Positions 36,431 to 45,686 of a stretch of 64,000 bases of DNA are shown piece after piece. Each line of letters starts with the position of its first letter. Position 1 is the first letter of the stretch. A program made the position numbers and the translations under genes. This DNA is from Chloroflexia bacterium. Lineage in GTDB: Bacteria > Chloroflexota > Chloroflexia > Chloroheliales > Chloroheliaceae. Location of the stretch: assembly GCA_038323095.1 (NCBI GenBank), contig JBBQGP010000002.1, forward strand, positions 12,678 to 76,677, read 5' to 3'. The notes beneath the pieces are model-generated. The model worked only from the letters and a program-made list of their open reading frames with translations, was not told the DNA's origin and did no database searches.

Positions 36431-37024
36431 TTATTCAGGAAAGCGGGCTAAACTTTCTTCGAGCCAGCGCACCACCGCTTCGTTTTGGCGGGCGCGAAGT
36501 TCTAGCACCAACTGTCCAAATTGATTGGCTGGATACTCGGATAAATTGCGCTCCTGGGTCAGGCGTTCGAGGGCGGCCCGGCTATTCGCTAATTGTTCTT
36601 CCAGCAGGCGACGGGCAGCAGCTTCGCTTTCGCGGCGGGCAAAATAAAGCTTTACCAAAAAATTCAGACGAATTTCGCGAGTTTTTTCGACTGGTCGCTC
36701 GACCCACTCGCTAAAATGGCTGCGCCCGGCTTCGGTTAGGTAATACATGCGTTTGAATTTGTGGGGACTGATGGCTTCCGGGCGTGGTTCAATCAAGCCG
36801 TCGCGCTCCAACTTTTTGAGCAGGGCGTAAAGCATACTCATTTCCAGATGATAAACTTGCCCAAGCTCGGTATCCAGCGCGAAAAAACGGGTCAAATCGT
36901 AGCCGTGATGTGGCCCTTCCGCCAGCAAACCCAAAATGGCGTACTCTGCCGGGTGGCGTTCTTCGCCGGGACTATTCAGATTTTGACGACGGTTGCGCCT
37001 TGTCGCTTTTTCGCTCAGGCTCAT
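36431..37024 (-). CDS. PadR family transcriptional regulator
   Basis: GPHHGYDL...MSMLYALLKKLERDGLIE winged helix with a long C-terminal helical domain. Lies 16 nt downstream of modC. Confidence 0.8.
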   Translation of the reverse strand: MSLSEKATRRNRRQNLNSPGEERHPAEYAILGLLAEGPHHGYDLTRFFALDTELGQVYHLEMSMLYALLKKLERDGLIEPRPEAISPHKFKRMYYLTEAGRSHFSEWVERPVEKTREIRLNFLVKLYFARRESEAAARRLLEEQLANSRAALERLTQERNLSEYPANQFGQLVLELRARQNEAVVRWLEESLARFPE

Positions 37025-37040
37025 TTTCTGCTACTTTTTG

Positions 37041-38189
37041 CTACTGATTAATAATATGGATTTGGGAGGCATCAATTCTTAACCACCAATCGCGCTGCTT
37101 ATGTAAAGCAAGCTGGTCATAAAGCTGGCTACTAACTTCTATTTCGAGTTCGATTTTTCCAATTTTTTTAGTTTCAGGCAAATCAGAAGTAGATTCATCC
37201 AGCAAGCGCATTTTCAAAAGATGGGTTGAACCACGCCCAATTTCTTCGATTATTCCAGCTTTCAAATAATTAGTAGTACCGAACAACTCAACTTCGTCCA
37301 AAGGTTGGAGCAACTGTACCCGTTCAGGCCGAAACATCAAGGTTACTTTTGAATTTGGTACAAAAACCTGCCCTGCTTCTACATCGACCCAAAGTTGAAA
37401 ATGAGCCAGTTGCACCAAAACCTGTTTTTGAGCCGAATTCACTTCCAACACTTCGCCACTCAGCAAATTGCGATTACCCAAAAGCCGGGCTACATCTTCG
37501 CTATTTGGACGGTAAAATATTTCGTGTCGTGAACCGTATTGCAAAATTTTGCCCTGATTATACACTGCGATGCGGTCAGCCAACACGTAAGCTTCGTCCA
37601 AATCATGCGTTACAAAAACTATTGGAATAGCCAAACGACGGCTCAACTTTAGCATTTCTTCGCGTAATTGCTGGCGGATATTGGCATCCAAAGCTGAAAA
37701 AGGCTCGTCCAAAAGCAAAAGCGGTGGCTCGATTGCCAAAGCGCGGGCTAAAGCAATTCGCTGCTGCTGCCCGCCCGATAATTGACGGGGCTTGCGCTGC
37801 TCCAAATCCTGTAGTTGCATCAGTTCCAGCAAATTTTTTACCCGCCGGACAATCTCGCTACGATTTAGCCCAATTAGCCCATAACTGATATTTTCGGCTA
37901 CATTTAGATGCGGGAACAAGGCATAATTTTGGGGGACGTAGCCGACGCGCCTTTGCTGCGGTTTCAGGTTAATCTTCTGCTGGCTATCATAAACTACTTT
38001 TTCGCCGATGACAATTCGCCCGCTATCCGGCGCGAATATCCCGGCAATCGCTTTGAGAGTAATGCTTTTACCGCTTCCAGATGGGCCGAACAAAACTAAA
38101 ACGTTGTTGCCACCCGGCTCTGGCCGGAACTCGAAACAACTTTGCAATTCAAAATTCTTTAGTTTTTTTTCGATGGCTATTTCCAGCAC
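37041..38189 (-). CDS. modC: Molybdate ABC transporter ATP-binding protein with C-terminal TOBE-like domain
   Basis: GTG start. Walker A GPSGSGKS, signature LSGGQQQR, Walker B LLLLDEP, and ~140 aa of C-terminal beta domain. Confidence 0.8.
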   Translation of the reverse strand: MLEIAIEKKLKNFELQSCFEFRPEPGGNNVLVLFGPSGSGKSITLKAIAGIFAPDSGRIVIGEKVVYDSQQKINLKPQQRRVGYVPQNYALFPHLNVAENISYGLIGLNRSEIVRRVKNLLELMQLQDLEQRKPRQLSGGQQQRIALARALAIEPPLLLLDEPFSALDANIRQQLREEMLKLSRRLAIPIVFVTHDLDEAYVLADRIAVYNQGKILQYGSRHEIFYRPNSEDVARLLGNRNLLSGEVLEVNSAQKQVLVQLAHFQLWVDVEAGQVFVPNSKVTLMFRPERVQLLQPLDEVELFGTTNYLKAGIIEEIGRGSTHLLKMRLLDESTSDLPETKKIGKIELEIEVSSQLYDQLALHKQRDWWLRIDASQIHIINQ

Positions 38190-38200
38190 CGCCGATTTGC

Positions 38201-39061
38201 TTACTCCTGATTAATTGTAGTATAACGGGCTAAACTTTTGAAAACAAGCAAAACGGCAAAGCTGACGACCACTAAAATAACCGATAAGGCCAAAGCCTGG
38301 TTAAGCCCGCCACTGCCCTCCAAAGCCGAATATATTGCCAGTGGCATTGTTTGGGTCTTGCCCTGAAAATTGCCCGCAAACATAATTGTTGCCCCAAATT
38401 CACCCAAAGCCCGCGCCCAGGTCATCACCAGCCCGCCTAGCAAAGCGGGCAAAGCCAGAGGAACGGTGATGCGGCAGAAATTGCGCCAATTGCTGCTACC
38501 CAGCGTAGCCGCCACTGTTTCGAGGCTGCTATCTACTGCTTCAAAGCCAGCTTTGGCCGATTTTATGTAAAAAGGGGCGGCTACGAAAAGTTGAGCCAGC
38601 ACTACCGCCCCCGTTGTAAAACCGAGCGTAATCTGGAAATTGCGTTCCAGCCATTCGCCCACAAAACCACGCCGCCCCAAAGTAATCAGCAAAGCGACCC
38701 CCGCTACCGAAGGCGGCAGCACCATCGGTAAATCCAGCAAGGTATCCAGCACATTTTTGCCGGGAAATTGGTAGCGTGCCAAAAGATAGGCCAAAGGTGT
38801 GCCAAAAATAACAGTTAGCAGCAAAGAAAGTAAAGTGGTTATCAGGCTCAGGCGTAAAGCCTCGATTACTACCGGGTCAGCCAGAAATTCGCCCAAAATA
38901 TTGCTTGCCAGCGTCCGACCCAAAATTGCCAGGAGTGGCACAACCAGAAACAAAATCAGCACCAGCCCGCTTGCCAGCAGCCAAAATACATTCAGGCTGA
39001 AGCGATTTTGGCCGGGAAACTTGAAGCGGGGTTTTAGACTTTGGGTTACTTTTACTTCCAC
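38201..39061 (-). CDS. modB: Molybdate ABC transporter permease
   Basis: CysTW/ModB-type permease with EAA loop FEAVDSSLETVAATLGSS and FAGNFQGKTQTMPLAIY. Confidence 0.85.
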   Translation of the reverse strand: MEVKVTQSLKPRFKFPGQNRFSLNVFWLLASGLVLILFLVVPLLAILGRTLASNILGEFLADPVVIEALRLSLITTLLSLLLTVIFGTPLAYLLARYQFPGKNVLDTLLDLPMVLPPSVAGVALLITLGRRGFVGEWLERNFQITLGFTTGAVVLAQLFVAAPFYIKSAKAGFEAVDSSLETVAATLGSSNWRNFCRITVPLALPALLGGLVMTWARALGEFGATIMFAGNFQGKTQTMPLAIYSALEGSGGLNQALALSVILVVVSFAVLLVFKSLARYTTINQE

Positions 39062-39117
39062 CTGTTCACAAACCTCATATCAGAATTCGCAATTTTCTTT
39101 AATTTCGCGCAAAGACG

Positions 39118-40038
39118 CTAGGGTTTGGCCGGAATAAAGTTGTTTTTCTTGAAAATAGCTTGCCCTTTTTCGCCCAGCACATAATCGGTAAAAACTTTGG
39201 CGGCGGCAGGATTGGCAGCAGCTTTGAGCGCAGCAATCGGATAGGTTGCAATGGTATTAAATTGGTCGGGTATATCAATTGTAACTAGATCTGGCGCGAT
39301 TTTGGCTGATACATCCGAGCTATAAACTACGCCCGCATCGGCTTCGCCCAATTGTACCTTTGTGACTACTTGCTTCACGTTGGCTTCCTGCGAGACAATA
39401 TTTTTCAGCACTTTGTCCTTGAAATCTGCCCCAAAAGCAGCGTCGGCACTCATTTTATCCAGCGCGGTCAGGGTGTAGCCGCCGACGGGTACGTCTTTTT
39501 GAGCGGTCACGAATTTTAGGCCGGGTTTGCCCAAATCCTGCAAAGTCTGAATTTTGGCGGGATTATTTTTGGGCAAAATTAGTACCAGCCGATTACGAAC
39601 GAAGGTTGTACCTTTGTCGGCTACCAGGTTGCTTTTCAGAGCGTTATCCATTTCGCTTTGATTGGCACTGGCAAAAACATCAGCCTTTGCCCCCTGCTCA
39701 AGCTGGGCGCGGAGGGTATTCGAGCCACCAAAGTTATAGCTAATCTTTAGCCCGGCGTTATCTTTTTCCAATTCGGCCTTGATTTCGTTAAAAGGGTCGG
39801 TCAGGCTGGAGGCGGCAAACACCACGAGTTCCCCGCTCAGATTTTGCTTTGGACTTGAGGCGGCGGCTACAGTGTTATTAGCAGCACTGGTTACAGCTAT
39901 CGTAGTTGAAGCAGCACTGGTATTCGCGGCAGGTTGCGGGGCGGTGGTGGTGGTGGCATCACCACAAGCCACCAGGAATAGGCCCAAAATTAACATTAAA
40001 AGGCCCAAAACAAAGCTTTGCCTGTGCTTGATTAGCAT
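39118..40038 (-). CDS. modA: Molybdate-binding periplasmic-type lipoprotein
   Basis: The true start is ATG 40038, preceded by GGGGAGAGA. Lipobox FLVAC|GD, Thr/Ala tether, ModA blocks VFAASSLTD, ISYNFGGS, ADVFASAN. Confidence 0.85.
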   Translation of the reverse strand: MLIKHRQSFVLGLLMLILGLFLVACGDATTTTAPQPAANTSAASTTIAVTSAANNTVAAASSPKQNLSGELVVFAASSLTDPFNEIKAELEKDNAGLKISYNFGGSNTLRAQLEQGAKADVFASANQSEMDNALKSNLVADKGTTFVRNRLVLILPKNNPAKIQTLQDLGKPGLKFVTAQKDVPVGGYTLTALDKMSADAAFGADFKDKVLKNIVSQEANVKQVVTKVQLGEADAGVVYSSDVSAKIAPDLVTIDIPDQFNTIATYPIAALKAAANPAAAKVFTDYVLGEKGQAIFKKNNFIPAKP

Positions 40039-40262
40039 TTGTCTCTCCCCATATCTAAAAATACTTCTCCAAAGCTTGATACTCAATAATTGAGTATAAG
40101 GCCAGCTCGATTTAATGTCAAACCAAAAAGGTGGAGAAAATTCGAGCCTAGTCCGCCCAAAAGTATAAATAACTTGACACGAGCAATGTCTACTTTTACA
40201 ATGCAAGCGTGTACTTCTTTTAAGGTGGATAGTTTCTTTTTGGATTTTAACGTGGTAAGAAT

Positions 40263-41003
40263 ATGAATACGATACAAAAAGTGGGTGATAGTATGTCCGA
40301 CCCAAGTAGTTTGACCGGCTCAATATTAACCTGGGTAGATAAAGACGGGCAGTCGCACAGCAAGCAACTTTCTGAGGGTAAGTTAAATATTGGCCGTCAC
40401 ACTCAAAATGACATTGTGCTGGACGACCCAACCGTATCACGCCGTCATGCTACAATCAGTTATGAAGATTTGCGTCATTATTTGAGCGACCAAAGTAGCC
40501 GCACCGGGACTTTGCTTAACAAAAACTTGATTCAGCCGGATGAGCCACAGTTGCTCAATGATGAAGATGAAATTGAAATTGGGCAGGTAACTTTTACCTT
40601 TCGTGACCCCAATAAAACGATTGGCAAAGCTCAATACGAGGAAGCTCTACGCGCCTCGACCCCCAATCCCCGTCATTACAATTTGAGCAATCAAAACGAT
40701 GGCCTGGTAATTAACCTGACTGCCGGAGAAGTACGCAACAATGGCGAGGAAGTAGCCTTAACTCCAAAAGAATTCGCGCTGCTGGCTTTACTTTATCAGA
40801 ACCAGGATAGAGCCTGCACCCGGCCCGAAATCCGGCGGGCGGTTTGGCCGGAACGCGAAGGCGACGATGAGCAGGCGGTTAGCGACGAAGAAATTGATGG
40901 ATTGGTACGTCGCTTGCGCCAGAAAATCGAGGCAGACCGGGCGAACCCGCGCTATATCATCACCGTGCGGCAGGTACGCGGCTACCGTTTCAAAAACCAC
41001 TAA
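40263..41003 (+). CDS. FHA domain fused to OmpR/PhoB-type winged-helix DNA-binding domain (no receiver domain)
   Basis: FHA: GKLNIGRHTQNDIVLDDPTVSRRHATI...SRTGTLLN. Trans_reg_C: LTPKEFALLALLYQN...RRLRQKIE...YIITVRQVRGYRF. The start may instead be ATG 40293. Confidence 0.7.
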   Translation: MNTIQKVGDSMSDPSSLTGSILTWVDKDGQSHSKQLSEGKLNIGRHTQNDIVLDDPTVSRRHATISYEDLRHYLSDQSSRTGTLLNKNLIQPDEPQLLNDEDEIEIGQVTFTFRDPNKTIGKAQYEEALRASTPNPRHYNLSNQNDGLVINLTAGEVRNNGEEVALTPKEFALLALLYQNQDRACTRPEIRRAVWPEREGDDEQAVSDEEIDGLVRRLRQKIEADRANPRYIITVRQVRGYRFKNH

Positions 41004-41119
41004 ACAAAATTTAATAGAATATGGCTCTGGAAACAATTTCAGGGCTTTTTCGTTATGCTATAATAACGCTGCAATTATTAGATTTTTTGAGTTGCAAGAA
41101 TTTTAAGGAGGCTTTTTTT

Positions 41120-42271
41120 ATGACCACCCGTGCCAAAGTTGCGGTATTAAAGACCAGGCCGGAAACTGTGCTGGAAGATTACGAAAAGCTGATGAAGCTG
41201 GCCGAATTTGACAAGCACCTCGATGCGTCCAAGACAACTATTCTAAAAGATAATATTTCCTGGCATTTTCCTTTTCCCGGCGCAAATTCTACGCCCTGGC
41301 AATTGGAAGGCGCTATCAAGGCTTTGCAAAACGGCGGCTTTAACAATATAAGCTGCGTCCAAAACAAAACAGTTGTGACCAACGCTTTTAAGGGCGAAGA
41401 TTTGAACAATTATGTTCCTCTTTTCAAAAAATACAATATCCCGGTGCTGTATAATTTCAAGCCCGAAGATATGACCTGGGTCAAGTACGAACCAAAAGCT
41501 AAAATGCTGGTTCTTGATAAAATCTTCCCTGAAGGAATTTATATTCCCGATTATTTTTTTGATAAAAACATTGTGCATCTCCCCACTGTGAAATGCCATA
41601 TCTACACGACCACTACCGGGGCGATGAAAAACGCTTTCGGTGGCTTGCTCAATACTCACCGCCATTATACTCATAGCTGGATTCACGAAACATTGGTGGA
41701 TTTGCTGGCAATTCAAAAGGAAATCCATAGCGGCATTTTCGCGGTAATGGACGGCACTACCGCCGGAAATGGCCCTGGCCCACGAACGATGATTCCTGTT
41801 ATCAAGGATTATATTCTGGCTTCGGATGACCAGGTAGCGATTGATGCCATTGCCGCCAAGATGATGGGTTTTGACCCTCTTAGTCTGAAATATATCAGAT
41901 TGGCCCACGAAGCCGGGCTAGGGGTAGGCGACCCCCGCGAAATTGAAGTGGTCGGCGCGGATATTTCGGGCGAAAGCTGGGGTTTCCGGGTGGGTGACAA
42001 CGGCGCGAGCCGGGTTGGGGACGTAATGTGGTTCGGCCCGATGAAGCGTTTCCAAAAGCTGTTTTTCCATACCCCTCTGGTAAATGTATTTGTGGCTGGT
42101 AGCGAAGTTTATCACGATTATCTGCGCTGGCCCAATATAGATAAAAAGGTTTTTGAAAAATGGCTACACAACACCCAATGGGGTAAACTTTTTCAGGATT
42201 ACACCCCTGACCCTAACTCCGGCCAAAACGAAGATGCCAAGCCGATTGGGGCGGGTAAACTGAGCAAGTAA
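41120..42271 (+). CDS. DUF362 domain protein
   Basis: AAGGAGG 8 nt before ATG 41120. DUF362-like blocks ILKDNISW, VMDGTTAGNGPGPR, ILASDDQVAIDAIAAKMMGFDP. Confidence 0.65.
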   Translation: MTTRAKVAVLKTRPETVLEDYEKLMKLAEFDKHLDASKTTILKDNISWHFPFPGANSTPWQLEGAIKALQNGGFNNISCVQNKTVVTNAFKGEDLNNYVPLFKKYNIPVLYNFKPEDMTWVKYEPKAKMLVLDKIFPEGIYIPDYFFDKNIVHLPTVKCHIYTTTTGAMKNAFGGLLNTHRHYTHSWIHETLVDLLAIQKEIHSGIFAVMDGTTAGNGPGPRTMIPVIKDYILASDDQVAIDAIAAKMMGFDPLSLKYIRLAHEAGLGVGDPREIEVVGADISGESWGFRVGDNGASRVGDVMWFGPMKRFQKLFFHTPLVNVFVAGSEVYHDYLRWPNIDKKVFEKWLHNTQWGKLFQDYTPDPNSGQNEDAKPIGAGKLSK

Positions 42272-42296
42272 AGTTTGTGTATTCACTTGAACTTGA

Positions 42297-42322
42297 GGCG
42301 GGAAAATTCCCGCCTTTTTTAT
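42297..42322 (+). terminator. Rho-independent terminator after the DUF362 gene
   Basis: ggcggg aaaatt cccgcc followed by ttttttatttttg. Confidence 0.85.
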
Positions 42323-42397
42323 TTTTGATTTGGTTTTCCCGAAAATATGTGCTATTATTATAAGGGCGGTTAATAAGCAAAATTTGGGAAAATTAAA

Positions 42398-44743
42398 ATG
42401 GGCGAAGCAAAAGCAAGCGGGCGTACTCTGGTAATAGTGGAAAGCCCAGCCAAAGCCAAAACTATTGGTAAATATTTAGGCACAAGTTATGTAGTGCGGG
42501 CCTCAATGGGTCATGTTCGTGATTTACCAGCTAAGGGGCTAGGGATAGACGTTGAAGACGGCAGTTTCAGCCCGCAATACGAACTGGCGAAAGGGCGTTA
42601 TAAAACCGTCAGCGAAATTCGCGCACTGGCTAAAGAAGCCTCCCAGGTTTTGTTAGCTACCGACCCTGACCGCGAAGGCGAGGCGATTGCCTGGCATATT
42701 GTAGCGGCGGCGGGATTAAACCGGGCAGGACAAAGCGTGCGCCGGGTCGAATTTCACGAGATTACCGAATCCGCCATTCGCGCTGCCATTGCCCATCCCC
42801 GCTCAATTGATATGAATTTGGTGGATGCCCAACAAGCCCGCCGGGTGCTGGATAGATTGGTCGGCTACAAAGTTAGCCCTTTGCTCTGGAAGAAAATCGG
42901 TAAAGGCTTATCGGCAGGCCGGGTACAAAGCGTAGCTCTGCGGGTAATCGTTGAGCGTGAACGCGAAATAGAACGGTTCATCCCCCGCGAATTTTGGACA
43001 GTTGAAGCCGATTTAGCTAAACAGCCCTTTTCCGGCAAAAAGTTTGATATTTTCCGGGCGACTTTATATACCAAAGAAGGCAAGAAGCGCGAATTTGAGA
43101 AGGGCGATGAGGCTAAAAGGGTTGTGACCGATTTGCAAGGCGCAAAATGGAGCGTGGCGCGAGTGCTAAAAAAGCAGGGCCAGCGTCGCCCGTCCGCCCC
43201 TTTTACAACCAGTACCTTGCAGCAGGAAGCCAGCCGTAAACTGCGCTTGCAAAATCAGGATACAATGCGAATCGCCCAGCAACTATATGAAGGGGTGAGC
43301 CTGGGTGCCGAAGGTAATAGCGGCTTGATTACTTATATGCGAACCGATAGCACTCAGGTCGCAAGCGAGGCCCAGCGTGCCGCCCGCGACGTTATCCAGC
43401 AAATTTATGGGTCGGATTTTTTGCCTGACCGCCCGCCCTTTTATGCTACCAAAGCCAAAGGCGCACAAGAAGCCCACGAAGCTTGCCGCCCCACTAAACC
43501 CGAACGCGAACCCGACAAAATCAAGCAATATTTGTCCCCCCAGCAATACTTACTTTATCGCTTAATCTGGCGGCGGTTTATTGCCAGCCAGATGGCCCCT
43601 GCAATTGTCGAGCAAACTATCGTAGATGTAGCAGCCCAACCCGCTGATTTGAGCAAAGAAAAGTATAATTTTCGGGCGACGGGCGAAAGAGTAGTTTTTC
43701 CCGGATTTATGGCGGTTTACCGCGAATCGCGGGGCGATACCGAAGGCGACGAACCCGAAGAAGAAATCGGTAATTTGCCCAAACTGGAAGCGGGCGATTT
43801 GCTGGATTTAATTAAGCTTTTAGCCGAGCAACATTTTACCCAGCCTCCCCCCCGCTACGGTGAAGCTACATTGGTTAAAACTCTGGAAGAATTGGGAGTG
43901 GGCCGACCCAGCACTTACGCCAGTATTCTTGGCACTATTCAAGACCGGGGTTATGTAGTGAAGAAGCTGGAAAATAAAGAGCGCAAGTTCAGCCCTACCA
44001 AATTAGGCCGGGTCGTTACGGATTTGCTGGTGGCCCGTTTCCCGAATGTGCTGGATGTAAAATTTACCGCTAAAATGGAAGAGGAACTGGACGAAGTAGC
44101 CGAAGGCAAACGGGCCTGGACACCCCTTATCCGCGATTTTTATACCCCGCTAATGGAACAATTAGCTTCCGCCGAGCGGGAAGTCGAAAAAATAGCGATG
44201 CCGGAAGAAGATTTAGCTCCGCGTTCTGCCTCATCCGCGTCAAGCTTTCGCGGCAAAAGTAGGGGTTCGGGCAAAAGCTGGGGCAATAATGGCTCAAAAA
44301 GCTACGGTTCTCGTGCCAGTAGCCCCGCAGCTTCGCTTGCCAAATATGACCGCCGCCCTAAATCCTCGACAAGTACCGATAGCGATGAGTTAGCTTTGGC
44401 TGCTCCTAAAACTACCCGAACCCGCCGTACCACCAAAGCCGCCAATCTTGTCGGTGGCGAAGAAGCGGCTACTCCCAAAACTACCCGCACTCGCCGTTCG
44501 ACTAAAATTGCCAATACTTCCGAAACCGAAGCGGCATTTACCCCAAAAACTACCCGCACTCGTGGCCGCGCCGCGCCTGAACAGCCTTCCCTACTCGCAC
44601 CGGCTACCAGTTCTGCTGCCGAAGCCGTCTCCGCCGAAAATTGCCCCTTATGTGGCAAAGCAATGGTTAAACGCAAAGGGCCATACGGCGAATTTTTCGG
44701 CTGTAGCGGCTACCCCAAATGTCGGGGCGTTCGGAAATTTTAG
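42398..44743 (+). CDS. topA: DNA topoisomerase I
   Basis: TOPRIM start LVIVESPAKAKTIGKYLG, DPDREGEAI, active-site region GLITYMRTDS, and a C-terminal basic region plus one Zn ribbon CPLCG...CSGYPKCRG. Confidence 0.9.
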   Translation: MGEAKASGRTLVIVESPAKAKTIGKYLGTSYVVRASMGHVRDLPAKGLGIDVEDGSFSPQYELAKGRYKTVSEIRALAKEASQVLLATDPDREGEAIAWHIVAAAGLNRAGQSVRRVEFHEITESAIRAAIAHPRSIDMNLVDAQQARRVLDRLVGYKVSPLLWKKIGKGLSAGRVQSVALRVIVEREREIERFIPREFWTVEADLAKQPFSGKKFDIFRATLYTKEGKKREFEKGDEAKRVVTDLQGAKWSVARVLKKQGQRRPSAPFTTSTLQQEASRKLRLQNQDTMRIAQQLYEGVSLGAEGNSGLITYMRTDSTQVASEAQRAARDVIQQIYGSDFLPDRPPFYATKAKGAQEAHEACRPTKPEREPDKIKQYLSPQQYLLYRLIWRRFIASQMAPAIVEQTIVDVAAQPADLSKEKYNFRATGERVVFPGFMAVYRESRGDTEGDEPEEEIGNLPKLEAGDLLDLIKLLAEQHFTQPPPRYGEATLVKTLEELGVGRPSTYASILGTIQDRGYVVKKLENKERKFSPTKLGRVVTDLLVARFPNVLDVKFTAKMEEELDEVAEGKRAWTPLIRDFYTPLMEQLASAEREVEKIAMPEEDLAPRSASSASSFRGKSRGSGKSWGNNGSKSYGSRASSPAASLAKYDRRPKSSTSTDSDELALAAPKTTRTRRTTKAANLVGGEEAATPKTTRTRRSTKIANTSETEAAFTPKTTRTRGRAAPEQPSLLAPATSSAAEAVSAENCPLCGKAMVKRKGPYGEFFGCSGYPKCRGVRKF
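44402..44575 (+). repeat. About 2.5 tandem 69-bp (23-aa) coding repeats in the topA tail
   Basis: PKTTRTRR(T/S)TK(A/I)AN units start at 44402, 44471 and 44540 (cc(t/c)aaaactacccg(a/c)ac(c/t)cg). Confidence 0.7.
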
Positions 44744-44765
44744 CTGTATACTTTGAAGTGGGATT

Positions 44766-45686
44766 TCAATCCCCAGACGTTTGAGCGGGAACACGCACTT
44801 TTAGCGCGTTTGGCACAATCTGGTATTTGAGGGGCGGGCGCATCCGAAAAACTTCGCCGTCAAAGGCAACGCTAACCCGGCGATGGCTCTGGGTGGAAAC
44901 TTCAAAATCGGTTAAGCAATGTTCGCTAATAAGGTCGGATTTTTCGGGTTGATTAAGCAAAAAACGCATAGCCGCCCCGAAAAGTTTAATACGATTGCTG
45001 GCCCGGATAATATACAAATCTAATTGTCCCTCGCTAAGGCTATCACGTGAGCCGGGACGGGGCAGTTTCATGTTTATACGGTTGTTGGCGGCAAAAACCA
45101 GCCAAACCTTGAAAGGCTGCATTTCATCTTCGACGGGTAATTGGATTGAACGGTGAACCGGGTAGCGTAAAGCAGCAATCGTCGCCAGCACGTAAGCCAA
45201 CCCCTTGCCCAATTTTGCTTCGTGCCGTTCGCGCAATTTTACCAGACGCGGATACAGCCCGATGCTGGAATTGTTAATAAAATAGCGTTCATTAACCTGA
45301 CCCACATCTATAGATTGTTCGCTACCTTCTTCGGGAAGCATCAGGCGGACGGCATCCTGGGGCTGGGGGGGCATCCCCAAGTCACGAGCAAAATGATTGA
45401 GCGTGCCAAAAGGAATGGCAACCAACTTGACAGAGCTACCAACCAAAGCGTTGGCTACCGCGCTAACCGTACCATCGCCACCCGCCGCCCCAATTATTTC
45501 TACACCTTGCCGTACTAGCTGACGGGCGTATTCGGTAGGGTCTTCGCCTTTGTGCAAAAGGTAGGGAGTAACGTTAGGCAAATCATTTATTGCCGCCAAA
45601 AGTTTATTTAGTTCGCGCCCACGTCGCGCCCGCCCGGAATGAGCGTTAATAATTACTACGTTTTTAACTGACATTTTTTCTTTCAA
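44766..45686 (-). CDS. Diacylglycerol-kinase-family lipid kinase (YegS/BmrU-like)
   Basis: VVIINAHSG...GGDGTVSAVANAL...PFGTLNHFARDLG. Confidence 0.8.
   Translation of the reverse strand: MKEKMSVKNVVIINAHSGRARRGRELNKLLAAINDLPNVTPYLLHKGEDPTEYARQLVRQGVEIIGAAGGDGTVSAVANALVGSSVKLVAIPFGTLNHFARDLGMPPQPQDAVRLMLPEEGSEQSIDVGQVNERYFINNSSIGLYPRLVKLRERHEAKLGKGLAYVLATIAALRYPVHRSIQLPVEDEMQPFKVWLVFAANNRINMKLPRPGSRDSLSEGQLDLYIIRASNRIKLFGAAMRFLLNQPEKSDLISEHCLTDFEVSTQSHRRVSVAFDGEVFRMRPPLKYQIVPNALKVRVPAQTSGD

Noticed and set aside
40039-40262. Moco riboswitch or ModE operator upstream of modA
   Set aside because: A ttcgagcc..ccgccc string vaguely recalls the Moco motif, but it is on the plus strand (wrong for modA). 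It also lacks the flanking helices, and I could not fold a convincing multi-stem junction. A covariance-model scan (Rfam RF01055) would be decisive.
40039-40440. 134-codon N-terminal extension of the modA ORF
   Set aside because: The extension is Cys/Arg/Tyr-rich nonsense. ATG 40038 has a strong RBS and yields a normal lipoprotein signal peptide.
41243-41908. 221-aa minus-strand ORF
   Set aside because: It is antisense to the DUF362 gene, with no RBS or domain. The plus-strand gene has a strong RBS, family motifs and a terminator.
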